A DNA stretch of 64,000 bases from Lytechinus pictus. Its lineage: Eukaryota. Shown one piece after another: positions 13,101 through 28,100 of the stretch (its first letter is position 1; each line of letters begins with the position of its first letter). The DNA is taken from positions 19,532,001 to 19,596,000 of the forward strand of contig NC_087252.1 in assembly GCF_037042905.1 (NCBI RefSeq), in the 5' to 3' direction. The notes below the pieces were generated by a model that made no database searches, had not been told where the DNA came from, and saw only the letters and a list, made by a program, of their open reading frames with translations. The position numbers and the translations under genes are program-made.

Positions 13101-16100
13101 CCGGCGGATTCTCCACCATGTTGTGCATGTATCGCGTCAAGGACTTTGCTCCCTCTTTTGTTTCAGACAACATGAAATAGAGACACGAGACAAATTATAC
13201 AGTTCATTTATTGAACAGTGATAACAAGAGTAAGAGTAATTCTAGTGGTTACCATGTACTCTAAGGCCTTTCTTCTCAAAAGAAGTTTCAATTGTACCAT
13301 ATGGTACAACACCATGGAAAATTCACATTTCTTATATTATCATGTTTTATTTAGGCTCCTGTTGCCAGCGTACATTTATAATTGGACTTTTCTAATTGTA
13401 TTGTATGCGATGAAAAAAATGCTTCTTCATTATCTGTGCTATTCTCCCTCTGACATTCATCACTCAAAGTATTTTCTCTTTTCTTATATTATCGTGTGTT
13501 ATTTAGGCTCCCTTTGCCAGCGTACATTTATAATTGCACTTTTCTAAGTGTATGCGATGAAAAAAGTAATTATGTGCAGAATTCGCGTAGTCCATGGTGT
13601 TACTTTTGTTCCACGGTACCAATCAACCTCTTTCCAGAATGATGGCCTGAGAGTCTCATAATGAAACGGAAAGCATACTAAACTCTGCTCACAGAATATA
13701 TAATCTGTAATCTCTATTCCGTAATGATCAAGTTGCAATCTCCATCTAAAAACTCATGATCTAGCTAAAGACATGGAGACATCCCATCAAGCCTGACTCG
13801 CACCGTTGCATTTTGGGCATTCAACTGCAGATTAGCCTATGATACTCCGTGTAGAAGCATTGTTAAAGTCATGATTATGTAAGGAGGATAGTGAAATCTT
13901 ATCATCAAATGATAATATATTAGGTGTTTGCATTATTTTAAATTGGTTCTGACAGCCAGCTCAGTAATACCCTGGATGTTATCACGTAGAACCATGTGAT
14001 GATGCTTGGCATCGTCCATCCTTTCCGAGACACTTTCCTCCTTTTCCGCAACCTGACATTATGATGAATGAGAGCTACGGTGTTTCAGTCCTGAAAACTG
14101 GATGTTATGCTCAGCTAATTGTATTTTAGTGTTATTATTATAGTGTTATTGTTATTACTACTATTACTCTTGTTATTAAATTTCTCTGAAGGATGTACCC
14201 CTTGTAACGGAACTGGTTGGTGCCCTGCTGATATCCAAGTTTGCGACTATATCAAGGATTGCCCAAGTGATGATGATGAGGCAGAAAATCGCTGCAACCA
14301 TACTGCGTTTATCAGTAAGATCTTTACCAAATTTCCTTCCTCATTAAGGCAATTCATGATTATTTGATTGGGGACCAGATTCATAAAACTTGTCATAGTA
14401 ACATATTTAAAGTAACAGTTAAAAGCTACTGAAATCCTTCCCTCTGATTGGCTGATGGGAAATCTGTTATAGAAATTCTGTATTTGTTACTGTAACAAGT
14501 CTTTATGAAACACGACCCAGGGGAGCATTTCATAAAAGGACTTGTCAGATGTTTCATCTTACATGCCGTTTTACCTGTAACCATAGAAACAGAGCTCCTC
14601 AGCCAATCACATTCAAGGAAATTGTCAGATGACAAATTTTGATGAAATGCTCCCATAGATAATTGATTGGTACATGTAGGTCAATTTGATTGTGTTGATT
14701 AAAAACCTCTGTGCACACCTCACATAAATGTAATAAAATCTTGTATTAACCTTTTGAGGAGTAAATTCTGTAGTAACCCACAGGCTTTTTTCAGGGTTAG
14801 CTGATATCAGGAAGCAGTGGGTTAATTTGATCCTTTTTCAACTGCAAGTCCCTGTGGAAAGCCTACATGTGCAGTCAAAAGTAGTCAACTATTTTACCAA
14901 TAAGACCTGGTGGGTGTTTCATAAAGCTGTTCGTAAAGTTACGAACGACTTTACGCACGAGGGGAACATGTTCTTAGGTCATAACTTAGGGATAACACAT
15001 AGCACAAGAAAGGATCACCAGTCGTGCGTAAAGTCATTCGTATCTTACGAACAGCTTTATGAAACACCCACCTGGCATTGTGTTCATTGTTCAATCCATT
15101 TCCATAGTAACGGCTTGCAGTTAGATAGCATGCTTCCTTCTTCAATATCTGTGCTATTCTCCCTCTGACATTCATCACTCAAAGTATTTTCTCTTCCTTT
15201 TCTGGCTCCAGATTTTCTCAACCCATCTTCACCCTATGCATCTACTTTATCAATTCCATTTGGTCCCTCTCTTCAAATGCTGATCATCTCTTTCTCCTTC
15301 AGACTCCTTAGCATTTTCTCCTCCTCTTGTCATAATACCCCTTTTAACCATATTTCTCCTCTTCTATATCGTTATATCTACATGCATTCCATTTCTTTTA
15401 TCACCGTGGTCTCCATTTTACTTTGATATTCAATAGATGAGGTTGATCTTGCTCCTGGGGAGTCTATCACCATAGAGAGAAGTTGGCTGGATGGTGCTTA
15501 CGGGGATCGCGACACACCCGCAAGCAACTTCTACAACTTCACCCACTATGTCTTCAACTCTCTTCCTGGTTCAACGCTCTTCGTTGAGATGCACAACATC
15601 ACAGTGGATGGTGATCCCGGCCCCCTAAACGTGATCTTCAATGTTTTAGTCGGGTCTGGAATCAATCCTGGCATTGATGAAAATAACGTAGCATACTTTG
15701 GACTTTATCACAACTACACCATGAGCAATTCTCAGAACTTCTCCATTCCTGATTCTGTGGGCTATGTGCTTATAGCCATCCCGAAAGATGTTCAAGCCAA
15801 CGTAACGTTCCGAGTTACTGCAGTCGGTAAGAACCTTCAGCCTATTTCATCTACTTTGTTTTCTTATTTTCCTCTTTATCCTATTTTTATTATTTGTTTT
15901 TTACTTTGTAATGTATTATCCTGTTTATGTGACCCAAAAACCAACAATAAGTGGACCAAAATGAATATTGAGATTTTTATTGAGCTTGAAAATTCATTTC
16001 CTAAGCTTTAAAATGATATATGATATGTCAAAATTGACCAACAATATCCATTACAAGTACTTGATTGAATGCAGAGGAAATTCAGCAAGAGCTTAAAAAA

Positions 16101-19100
16101 TAAGGAGAAAACAAGGTTTGAAGTTTGGGGTTCACTCAAGCATGAAATGTGCATACTGCGTAATCTCAGTTAAACTTCCAAACAGTCTGAAAAAGTATTG
16201 CCCAAGAAACTCTTGTATCTTTTTTTAATTCAACTTCACGACTTCAAATTTTTGCAGTACGAAGAAGAAGAATTACTCTTTCAGATAAGCTATTTTTTTA
16301 TTTTTGGAGACTATATTACTATTTGGGTTATTTACAGAGAACCTTACCTGGCGACTTATTGGTGGTTTTGGGGTGGTAGGTCACACATGATCCACTAGGT
16401 GATTTGTAAAGAAATGTTACTTTGCATGAAGACATTTCACACCCGAATCATGGTCCTGTTGCATAAAAGTTACTGTCATAGTAACTTTGCCATTCAATGA
16501 TAGATTTATTTTCTATTCATAAAGGGAGAAATTACAAACCAGTGTGATATACAGTGCTGCCAATCATTGTGTTGAGGACATCCAAATTTTGCAGGTATTA
16601 CGTTTTTCATGTTTTATATACTTCGAGGATAAATCCATCGGGTAATTTTAATTTTCAGGACAAGCTGTGCATGTCTTCTTCACTTTCAAAAAGAATTGTT
16701 GTGGAAGGAAAGCATTTATATGGAGAAAATTTCAATGGATCAATTTAATTTCTTGCCACAGAATGTTTTGAGTTTTCATGCCCAACAAGCGATCCATTCT
16801 ATGGTAATTGCATCTCTGAGGACTGGGTCTGTGACAACATAACTGATTGCTTGGATGGTAGCGATGAAGCTGAATGTGACGGTGAGTTTTGAATTGTAAC
16901 GAACTTCAATTACATTTAGCTCACCCTGGTAAATTTTCCAACACTTTAAATGTCATTATTTCATCCATTTCATTTCATTTTATTTTCCACAAATCAATCA
17001 AAATACAAAAAAACATATAACTCATTCCGAAATAGTATGCATAATTACAATATAAATTCAGATTCAAAGTGGATGGACCTAAAGTAAAAGCTTGTTGTGG
17101 ATAGGCCCTTAACAAATAATTAATGTGTAATCATTGATAGCTAAAAATAGTTACAGAAAAAATAGAGCTGAGCTCGGAGAAAGTTACAGAACTGGGCAAG
17201 GACGAAGACAGAGAGCGTTACAAAGAACAGAGACACACAGGTTACTAGACAAGACAAGGAAGACAAACCAAAACATGAAAGAAAGAAGGAAAGAAGACCC
17301 ATCTATTATATTGCTGTTCACGATTGCGACGTTTAAGGATGACATGAAATATTTTGACAGAATTGGTCGTATCCCAATGAAATAGAAAATAGTAGACGGG
17401 TCCTTTGTAAGGGTATCTGCAGCTGTAAATACGAATACATGTGATTTATCTACAATGACAAACATACGGACATAGTGAGGGGATGGAGCACCTGGCAGAC
17501 GAGGAAAAGAAAAAATCTTGATAGTTGCTAGATGAGAAAAAGTATCAGAGGAAGCAAACTTAGAAGAGGTATGTGGTTTATAAAAGAGTTTCCCTGACTT
17601 CCAGGTGCCCAATCCACTCTCTGACCGTCCTAAAAGAAATACACAAATATGATTTTGATGTTAAATTTTCTCAAACATGGTGTATGTTAAATAGATTTTG
17701 TTGTTACATTTTGAAACATGACAAGTAAATTTTCAAAGGCAATGAATATCACAAAGTGATATTAGGTAGTTTCTGCATTTACTAGGGGGAACTCTCTACA
17801 TTGCATCGATTCTGTTGAAAATGGAAGTAAAATCACAATGGATAGCTGGGAATCTTTTGTCAAAAGTTAGTTGGTGGACTTGGGACAGCAGATCATCCAA
17901 AGATTTGCACCCAACAAACAATTGCAAATATGTCGTCCAGAGTCAAGAGATTCCGATGCTGTCCCAGTCCACCAACTTCCAACAATGCATCTGTTCTGTT
18001 AAAAATGGAAGTAAAATCACAATGGATAGCTGAGAATCTTTTGTCAAAAGTTAGTGGACTGGGACAGCAGATCATCCAAAGATTTGCACCCAACAAACAA
18101 TTGCAAATATGTCGTCCAGAGTCAAGAGATTCCGATGCTGTCCCAGTCCACCAATTTCCAACAATGCATTGATTCTGTTGAAAATGGAAGTAAAATCACA
18201 ATGGATAGCTGAGAATCTTTTGTCAAAAGTTAGTGGACTGGGACAGCAGATCATCCAAAGATTGCACCCAACAAACAATTGCAAATATGGCATCCAGAGT
18301 CAAGAGATTCCGATGCTGTCCCGGTCCACCAACTTCCAACAAAAGCCTCTCAGCTCTCCATTGTGATTTGTAGAGACCTTCCCCTTAGGTATCACAGGCC
18401 TAATTCATTCCCCATAGACTCGTGTGTTAAATTGGCACTTTAAAAAATTCATAAAAAATAAGGATGAAATTCGGGGGTCCAATGTTTACTACCAGTGGAT
18501 AGGATATATATCTGTCCAGAAAAGGGTCCCTCGACCGGCTCATTTTAAAAATAAATTGGCGTGTTTGAAGACATCGTCGGGGGGGAGCAGATTCATAACC
18601 TCAAACAACAAAATAGCCCTAATCCTTCCGCCAGTCAAAATATAGTCCAAAATTGGTGATATTTCTTCCCAATTTGGGAAAAGGAAGTTCAGTAATTACC
18701 AAAATAGAATCAGTGTTAGATGGACAATCATATGCATACACTTTGTCAATCAGCCATATCAAAATAAAAAAAATAGCAATGGGTTGGCTCGAATGAAAAT
18801 CTATGGCCTGCCACTAGTGATTAGGCCCGTGCAGCCTGTAGGTATCACAGGCCTAATTCATTCCCCATAGACTCGTGTGTTAAATTGGCACTTTAAAAAA
18901 TTCATAAAAAATAAGGATGAAATTCGGGGGTCAAATGTTTACTACCAGTGGATAGAATATCTATCTGGCAATCCATATCTGACCAGAAAAGGGTCCCTCG
19001 ACCGGCTCATTTTAAAAATAAATTGGCATGTTTGAAGACATCGTCGGGGGGAGCAGATTCATCACCTCAAACAGCAAAATAGCCCTAATCCTTCCGCCAG

Positions 19101-22100
19101 TCAAAATATAGTTCAAAATTGGTGATATTTCTTCCCAATTTGGGAAAAGGAAGTTCAGCAATTACCAAAAATAGATTCAGTGTTAGATGGACAATCATAT
19201 GCATACACTTTGTCAATCAGCCATATCAAAATTTAAAAAATAGCAATGGGTTGGCTCGAATGAATATCTATGGCCTGCCACTAGTGATTAGGCCGTGCAG
19301 CCTGTAGTAAATGCGAAAAACCTGGATTGGGAGGAAGTGCAAACTTTCAGGTTATGGTGAAAATGTTACTTAGGCTTGGAGAAAGTTTTGCACAATTTGC
19401 AAGAGAAATCTAAGAAAAGAAATTCTGTTTTGAGGCATGCTTGCAGGCCTGAATTCATATTTTTTATGAAATTAATTTATACAAATTGAATAACCAAGTA
19501 ACATTTACCTTTTAATTGGTGCTTGAGGGCAAAGTGGTAAATTTCTTAGGTAAAAAAAATCTCACAATTCACATTATTTTTTTTAGGGAAAAGGGTTCGG
19601 TTGCAAGAGGTTTTTGTCTCGCCTGCATAGCAGAGCGAGACTATAGGCGCCGCTTTTCCGGCGGCAGCGGCGGCGGCGTCAACATCAAATCTTAACCTAA
19701 GGTTAAGTTTTTTAAATGACATCATAACTTAGAAAGTATATGGACCTAGTTCATGAAACTTGGACATAAGGTTAATCAAGTATTACTGAACATCCTACTT
19801 GAGTTTCAGGTCACATGACTAAGGTCAAAGGTAATTTAGGGTCAATGAACTTAGACCATGTTGGGAAAATTATTTTCAAAATCTTAACCGAAGGTTAAGT
19901 TTTTGAAATGACATCATAACTTAGAAAGTATATGAACCTAGTTCATGAAACTTGGGCATAAGGTTAATCAAGTATTAGTGAACATCCTGTTCGAGTTTCA
20001 GGTCACATGACCAAGGTCAAAGGTCATTTAGGGTCAATGAACTTTGGTCAAGTTGGGGGTATTTGTTGAATTACTATCATAACTTAGAAAATTTATGGAT
20101 CTAGTTCATGAAACTTGGACATAAGGTTAATCAAGTATTAGTGAACATCCTTCCTGAGTTTCAGGTCACATGGCCAAGGTAAAAGGTCATTTAGGGTCAA
20201 TGAACTTTGGCCAAGTTGGGGGTATTTGTTGAATTACCTTCATAACTTTGAAAATTTATGGATCTAGTTCATGAAATTTGGAGATTAGGTTAATCAAGTA
20301 TTACTGAACATCCTGCTTGAGTTTCAGGTCACATGACTAAGGTCAAAGGTAATTTAGGGTCAATGAACTTAGACCATGTTGGGAAAATTATTTTCAAAAT
20401 CTTAACCGAAGGTTAAGTTTTTGAAATGACATCATAACTTAGAAAGTATATGAACCTAGTTCATGAAACTTGGGCATAAGGTTAATCAAGTATTAGTGAA
20501 CATCCTGTTCGAGTTTCAGGTCACATGACCAAGGTCAAAGGTCATTTAGGGTCAATGAACTTTGGTCAAGTTGGGGGTATTTGTTGAATTACTATCATAA
20601 CTTAGAAAATTTATGGATCTAGTTCATGAAACTTGGACATAAGGTTAATCAAGTATTAGTGAACATCCTTCCTGAGTTTCAGGTCACATGGCCAAGGTCA
20701 AAGGTCATTTAGGGTCAATGAACTTTGGCCAAGTTGGGGGTATTTGTTGAATTACCTTCATAACTTTGAAAATTTATGGATCTAGTTCATGAAATTTGGA
20801 GATTAGGTTAATCAAGTACCACTGAATATCCTGTGTGAGTTTCAGGTCACATGACCATGGTCAATGGTCATTTAAGGACGTTCCACAGTTAAAATGAAGT
20901 CCATGTTATTTTCACCAAATTTTGCAGAGAGTTACTTTGGTATCTATGCATTATGAAAATGCAAAATATAACATAGGTTCATGTGCTTATTTTTTTTCTA
21001 CGGGTCTTCAAAGTTGCCGTATTTGAAGGATATGCAATCTTGCGCAATCAAGAGAATTGTGCCTCTCGTAGACCTCACGAATTCACCAAATGAGTTTAAA
21101 TCATCTTTACTTAGTGGATACCGCATCAAACTTCATCAAATTTTCAAGATATATAACAAAGTGTATACCAAAGGGAGAGATAGGTCTTTTAATTGGTAAA
21201 ACTATATCTAGTTGGAGTCAGCAGCGCCCTCATTTTGCAAGAATGGTGCAAAAACTCGGAAAAAACAAATCTTCAAAGACGTGAATCTACTCAAAAATTA
21301 AAAAAGTATTTTGTAAGCTGCACTTTTTTCAAAATCCATGTCATTTTCATCAAATTCGGCTAAATTGTAGAGGAATGCATATCAAAGGTGTAGGGAAGTT
21401 AAAAATATGGGGTCCATGTGCTCGTTTTTTAATAACTATGAGTGTTCAAAGTGATGCGAGTTAGCATGAAAATCCCCCAAAATGCGCCCAAAACGTGCAA
21501 AAGTCTAATGATAATGCCGTCTAAAATACGAATGGTTCCGTAGTTTTGCCCCCAAACATTCAAAATCCATGTCATTTTCATAATACTCTCCAGATTTGTA
21601 GAAAAATATAATCTGAAGACATTAAAATATTAAAAATATGGGGTCCATGTGCTCGTTTTTAAAATATTGGTGTCCCAAGTGTAACAAGTTGGCTTGAAAA
21701 TCGCCTAAAAAGCGCCGAAAACATGCAAAAGTCTCTTAATACCCTCTAAAATGCAAATGGTTCCATATTTCGCTCCCAAACATTCAAAATCCATGTCATT
21801 TTCATCATACTCTCTAGATTTGTAGAGGAATATATTCTAAAGGCATTAAAATATTAAAAATATGGGGTCCATGTGCTCCTTTTTAAACTATCAGAGTCCA
21901 AAGTGATGCAAGTTGGCTTGAAAATATTGAAATCCACCTAAATGCTCCGAAAACGTGTACAAGTCTAATCCCGTCTAAAATGCGAATGGTTCCGTAATGT
22001 TGCTCCCTAACATTCAAAATCCATGTCAATTTTATCATACTCTCTAGATTTGTAGAGGAATATATTCTAAAGGCATTAAAATATTATAAATATGGGGTTC

Positions 22101-25100
22101 ATGTGCTTGTTTTTAAACTATCAGTGTCGAAAGTGTTGCGAGTTGGCTTGAAAATATTGAAATCCACCTAAAGTGCGCCGAAAACAAGCAAAAGTGTGAT
22201 AATACCGTCTAAAATGCAAATGGTTTCATATTTCGCTCCCAAACATTCAAAATCCATGTCATTTTCATCATACTCTCTTGATTTGCAGAGAAATATATTC
22301 TGATGACGTTAAAATATTACATATATGGGGTCCATGTGCTCGTTTTTTAACTATCAGTGTCCAAAATGTTGCAAGTTGGCTTGAAACAGCCTAAAATGCG
22401 CCGAAAACATGCAAAAGTCTAATAATACCGTCTAAATGTCTAAAATACAAATGGTTCCTTAGTTCTGCTCCCAAACATTCAAAATCCATGTCATTTTTGT
22501 CTCACCTGCATAGCAGAGTGAGACTATAGGCGCCGCTTTTCCGACGGCGGCGGCGGCGGCTGCGTCAACACCAAATCTTAACCTGAGGTTAAGTTTTTGA
22601 AATGACAGCATAACTTAGAAAATATATGGACCTAGTTCATGAAACATGGCCATAAGGTTAATCAAGTATTACTGAACATCCTGCCTGAGTTTCATGTCAC
22701 ATGACCAAGGTCAAAGGTCATTTAGGGTCAATGAACTTATACCATGTTGGGGGAATCAACATCAAAATCTTAACCTAAGGTTAAGTTTTTGAAATGTCAT
22801 CATAACTTAGAAAATATATGGACCTAGTTCATGAAACTTATACATAAGGATAATCAAGTATCACTGAACATCCTGCATGAGTTTCACGTCACATGACCAA
22901 GGTCAAAGGTCATTTAGGGTCAATGAACTTTGGCCGAATTGGGGGTATCTGTCGAATTACCATCATAACTTTGAAAGTTTATGGATCTGATTCATGAAAC
23001 TTGGACATAATAGTAATCAAGTATTACTGAACATCCTGTGCAAGTTTCAGGTCACATGATCAAGGTCAAAGGTCATTTAGGGTCAATGAACTTTGGCCAA
23101 ATTGGGGTATTTGTTGAATTACAGCCATAAATTTGAAAGTGTGTTGGTCTAGTTCATAAAACTTGGACATAATAGTAATCAAGTATCACTGAACATCCTG
23201 TGCGAGTTTCAGGTCACATGATCAAGGTCAAAGGTCATGTAAGGTCAAAGAACTTTGGCTAGTTGGGGGTATTTGTTGAATTGCCATATCTCTATAAGTG
23301 TATTGGTCTAGTTCATAAAACGTGGAAATAAGAGTAACCAAGTATCACTGAACATCTTGTGCGAGTTATAGTAGTTTTCAAAATCAGCACTGCTGCTATA
23401 TTGAATCGCGTGATGCAGGTGAGACGGCCAGAGGCATTCCACTTGTTATCCTACTCTCTACATTTGTAGAGGATTTTATTTGAAGATGTTGAAATATTAA
23501 AAACATGGGATCCATGTTCTCGTTTTTAGACTTTCAGTGTCTAAACGGTTGCGAGTTGGCTTGAAACAGCCAAAAAATGCGCCGAAAACAAGTAAAAGTC
23601 TGATAATACCGTCCAAAATGTCTAAAATACGAATGGTTCCTTAGTCCTGCTCCCAAACATTCAAAATCCATGTCATTTTCATCATACTCTCTAGATTTGT
23701 AGAGGAATATATTCTAGAGACGTTAAAATATTAAATATATGGGGTCCATGTGCTCTTTTAAAAACTATCAGTGTCCAAAGTGTTGCGAGTTTGCTTGAAA
23801 CAATCTATAATACGCCTAAAACGGGCAAAAGTTTAATACCGTCCAAAATGTCTAAAATACGAATGGTTCCTTAGTCCTGCTCCCAAACATTCAAAATCCA
23901 TGTTATTTTCATCATACTCGCTAAATTAGAAGAAGAATATATTCTGAAGAAGTTAAGACATTTAAACTATGGGGTCCATGTGCTCGTTTTCAAATTATCA
24001 GCGTCCAAAGTATTGCGAGTTGGCTTAAAACAGCCCAAAATTCGCCGAAAACAAGCAAAAGTCTGTTAATACCGTCTAAAGTGTGAATGGTTCGGTAGTC
24101 TTGCTCCCAAACATTGAAATTCCATGTCATTTTCATCATACTTTGCACATAGATAATTTAGCACCTGAATATTCCAAATATGCACAAATTTACATGGGTC
24201 CATGTGCTTGATTTTTTGCTATAGAGCTTCAAAGTTAACCCAAAATGGATGATGTTCTTAAGAATTACGCATCCAAAAGAATTTGGCATTTTTAGACCTC
24301 ACGAGATCACAACAATGAGTTTAAAGCCCTATTACTTAGTCAAAATCCATGAAAATTTCATCAAATTTTGCAATATGATTAATAATTGTATCCGTAAGAT
24401 GGATAATCTGTCTATATTGCTGTCAATTGTTTGCTCATTTAAGTCTAACAACACTCTCAGTTCTTAGAAATTGCGGGAAAGATACTCAACCTCAAAAATT
24501 TCCAATTTCAATAACAAACTTGAGAAGTTAAAGAAATGCTGCAACTTATTCAAAACCTATGTCATTTTCACCAAACTTCGCCAAGTTGTAGAGGAAGGTA
24601 TACCTAAGAGGTGCAAACATTAAAAAATATGGGTTCATGTCAGCTGTTTTCAAACTATCATCACTCTTATTAGAGAAAATTTGCTTCTTAAAACACCCGA
24701 AAACGCGCCAAAAGCAGTATCTATGTGAGGGAAAATTCCAAACCACTTTCCCATTGCATTTATTCAAAACTCGGGGTCATATTCATCATACTTTGCAGCA
24801 CTACAGAGAAACTATTTTGAAATTGTAGAGGAATAAAAAAATGGTCCATGGAATAATTCCAGTTTATTAGCTTCATAAAATAACACATCAGATCTGCAGT
24901 TAGTGCATGCAGATAAGGAGAAAAATAAGCTCACAATACCTACAGCTGATTAAATTGCCAGTTCATCCATTGTGACGTCAGCGCGCAGAGTGTAAACTAT
25001 GCGCAGATCATGATGCGCACAAACATAACTGTGGAACGTCCTTAAGGTCAATGAACTTTCGCCGTGTTGGGGGTCTTTGTTAAATTACCATCCTAACTCT

Positions 25101-28100
25101 GAAGGTTTATGGATCTAGTTCATAAAACTTGGACATAAAGGAATCGTGTATTACTGAACATCCTGTACGAGTTTCAGGTCACATGACCATGGTCAAAGGT
25201 CATTTAAGGTCAATGAACTTTGGCCGTGTTGGGGGTATTTGTTGAATTACCATCCTAACTCTGAAGTTTATGGATCTATTTCATAAAACTTGGGATATAA
25301 GAGTAATCAAGTATCACTAAACATCCCTTGTGAGTTTCAGGTCACAAAACCAAGGTCAAAGGTCAGTTAAGGTCAATAAACTTAGGCCATGTTGGGGTAA
25401 TTGTTGAATTTCCATCATAACTTTGAAAGTTTATGGATAGAGTGAATGAAATGTGGACATGGGTGTATTTGACAAGTCTTAAGTCACCGTTCAAATGTCA
25501 TCTATGGTCAATGAACGTGGTATTATGTCATTATATGAATGGTGTTTTTGTGAATGATTATTTTATTGTAGTTTTCAAAGTTAGCACTGCTGCTATATTA
25601 AATTGCGTAATGCAGGCGAGACTGCCAGAGGCGTTCCACTTGTTGATGATCCCAGCCCCTTCCACATTACTATATGAATCTTCTATCTGAATGTTAATAA
25701 TTTCCCTTACACAGTGCACATACCCACAGCCAAATTAATGCTTCCTACACAATCTTATTTGTTCACTCGCATAGGGTCTGAATGTTTATTTTTTCTTTTA
25801 CTATCAACAGTTTGCCCAGAAGGTCTATACCCATGCTACTTTGATGATTCAATCTGTCTTAATTATACTGCTTTTGGATGTGATGGAAACTATGATTGCC
25901 CAGGTGGTACGGATGAATACAACTGTACAGGTAAGAGTCTCCTTTCTCATCTTATTCTCTTTCATTTCATCACCCAGCATTTCTTAGGGACTGCTTAACA
26001 GTCGTCCTTGGAAATTTGGCATGTACATCTGGAACATGTCCTTGGGTCCCAATCTAGATTCTCAATAATGAAATTGAAAAATGTTATTTAGTTAAAATAT
26101 TAGGGAAAACCTTGTTAAACACAAGAGTGAATTTTATTTGGTAGCAATTTCACATAAGTTATGAGCATCTTTAGGCAGCGCATCAAACGTTGTAGCCTTG
26201 TTTTTCCTGGTGTAATCCTGCAATCAGCCTTCTACTTTTAATCCTCACATTTCAACATAGACAAAATAATGGGGAATTCGGAAAGCTGCAATGGCAAGAT
26301 GCATGTAGCACTATCACAGCGGGCTTCTTGCCAAAAGATGCAGCACAAATTTTTGACAAGTTGGGTTCAGCAATAGTCCCATGACTTATTTTCATGACTC
26401 GATCCTCGGATTGAGTTTGAGGTCATCCTTATTGGTACCCTTGCTTCTACTAAAATATTCATTAGACTGATCAACTTGCAACTTGGTCTTGAATACTTTA
26501 AACAAGACAGAAGAATTTCATTAATCTGATTTCTGCTTGTCCACATTTTCTAGGATCTGTTCTTGTTGTCACTGCCTGGTCCATTTTTGCAACAATTTAG
26601 ATTCATGATTCTCTTTCAAACATGTATGAATTTGAATTATTATTATTTTCATTCATGTATAGGATGTTTTGCCTGTGAGGGAAGCACCTCTTGTCAGTAC
26701 GATAGTACGGTCTGTGACTTCTTTGGCCAATGCTCAGGAGGGGAAGATGAATCGGAGGATCTGTGCAGACATTCTGAATTCATCCGTAAGTCTAACATTT
26801 GGTCAGTCGCATTGTGAGATACACACAGATATGCACCGTGTTCAAATCATCCCCCGCTTAACAGGGGACCGTTTCATGAAAGTTGTCGGCACGGACAAGC
26901 TGTCATTCTCTGACAGTTACCATAGAAACAGTCAGAGGCCAGTGCTTTTGAGTCAATCAAAACCAAAAATTTTGTTGAAATTGTCCGTACTGACAATTTA
27001 GCCATTGCTGACAACTTTCATGATACACTCACCTGGTCAAGCCTGGGGGATCTGTGTGTGATTGATCCAGTCATTTAAAATGTTTATCTTAACTTCCTTT
27101 AGCTTCTTTGTGCATGATTAAAGGCAATCACTTAAACATGCCCGTAAAGGACATGTGTAATAAGACCAGTTTGTAGTTACCTCATGGGCAACTTTGGTCA
27201 AATGACCTTTCCTTTCTTTCATTAAGATAGGCAGATTACAAAGAAAGGTATCATGTACATGTAAGCATGAATTACATAGCAGGATAAAGAAATTGATGAA
27301 GATGTCTAGAAAAGCGACCCAATGAACACTCGATCCATTAAGGTATTTGATACATTTCAACATTGGATGCGTTAGTATGTTATAACATTGTACTTGGCCA
27401 ACTGGGAAATATTAGTCGTTAGTGGACGCATTGTTGTTTTTTTGTGGATCTATCGAAAAGCATGATTCAAAAGAATATATGAATAATCAAGACATCAAAG
27501 TTGGTGCTTATCTCATCAAATATTAAACCACCATGTTACTTTAGTACAAATGACCTACTTCTGATCATGCGCAGAATGGAACTACGAACTGGCTTATAAA
27601 CTGGAAAGTTTGTTGAATCTCATTTTCATTGGTCTTTCTTTTGCCATTTTGTGACTTTGGATTTTAGAAACCAACTGATGTGAGGGGCTATAACCTCTCT
27701 GTGATTGAACGAATCTTGTAATTATTTACATGGGTTTAGTAAAGATTATTGAAGCTAGCTTGCATAAACACGTTTGACTGAGTGGAATTTGTGTAGTGCC
27801 CTTGAGATAGTGAGTTTTCTTCAAATACGGGTGAAAACGATTTTAAAGTTTCTAAAAGAAAAAAGCCAACATTTCATGCATAGCCCTTGTCATGGAATGA
27901 TGATATTTATTCAGATATATAATAGGTATAAATTTTCCAATATAAATGCATATATATATATATTTATGTCATATTTTGTCATTTCTTGACAAAGCGCTAT
28001 GCCAGAAATATTGGAAAATTGTATTTGACATCGTGTTTGTTTTCAACTGTCTTTGCTTTTATATTCACACAAAAATGTTTACTTGTGTTTGTGTTTAAAA

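Larger units (their letters stand above)
19611..25644 (+). mobile_element. Helentron/DINE-1-like non-autonomous element (outer), split by an insertion
   Basis: T-run + subTIR GTCTCGCCTGCAT, (GGC)n, internal 160-190-bp repeats (aaggtcaaaggtca), 3' subTIR ATGCAGGCGAGAC then ccacttgtt. Confidence 0.8.

Noticed and set aside
16960..17640. ORF 17184..17612 and possible LINE 3' UTR
   Set aside because: No recognisable protein motif; only a weak (ATGAA)n-like tail, not enough to call.
17815..18366. Overlapping short ORFs on both strands
   Set aside because: Produced by the 179-bp tandem repeat.
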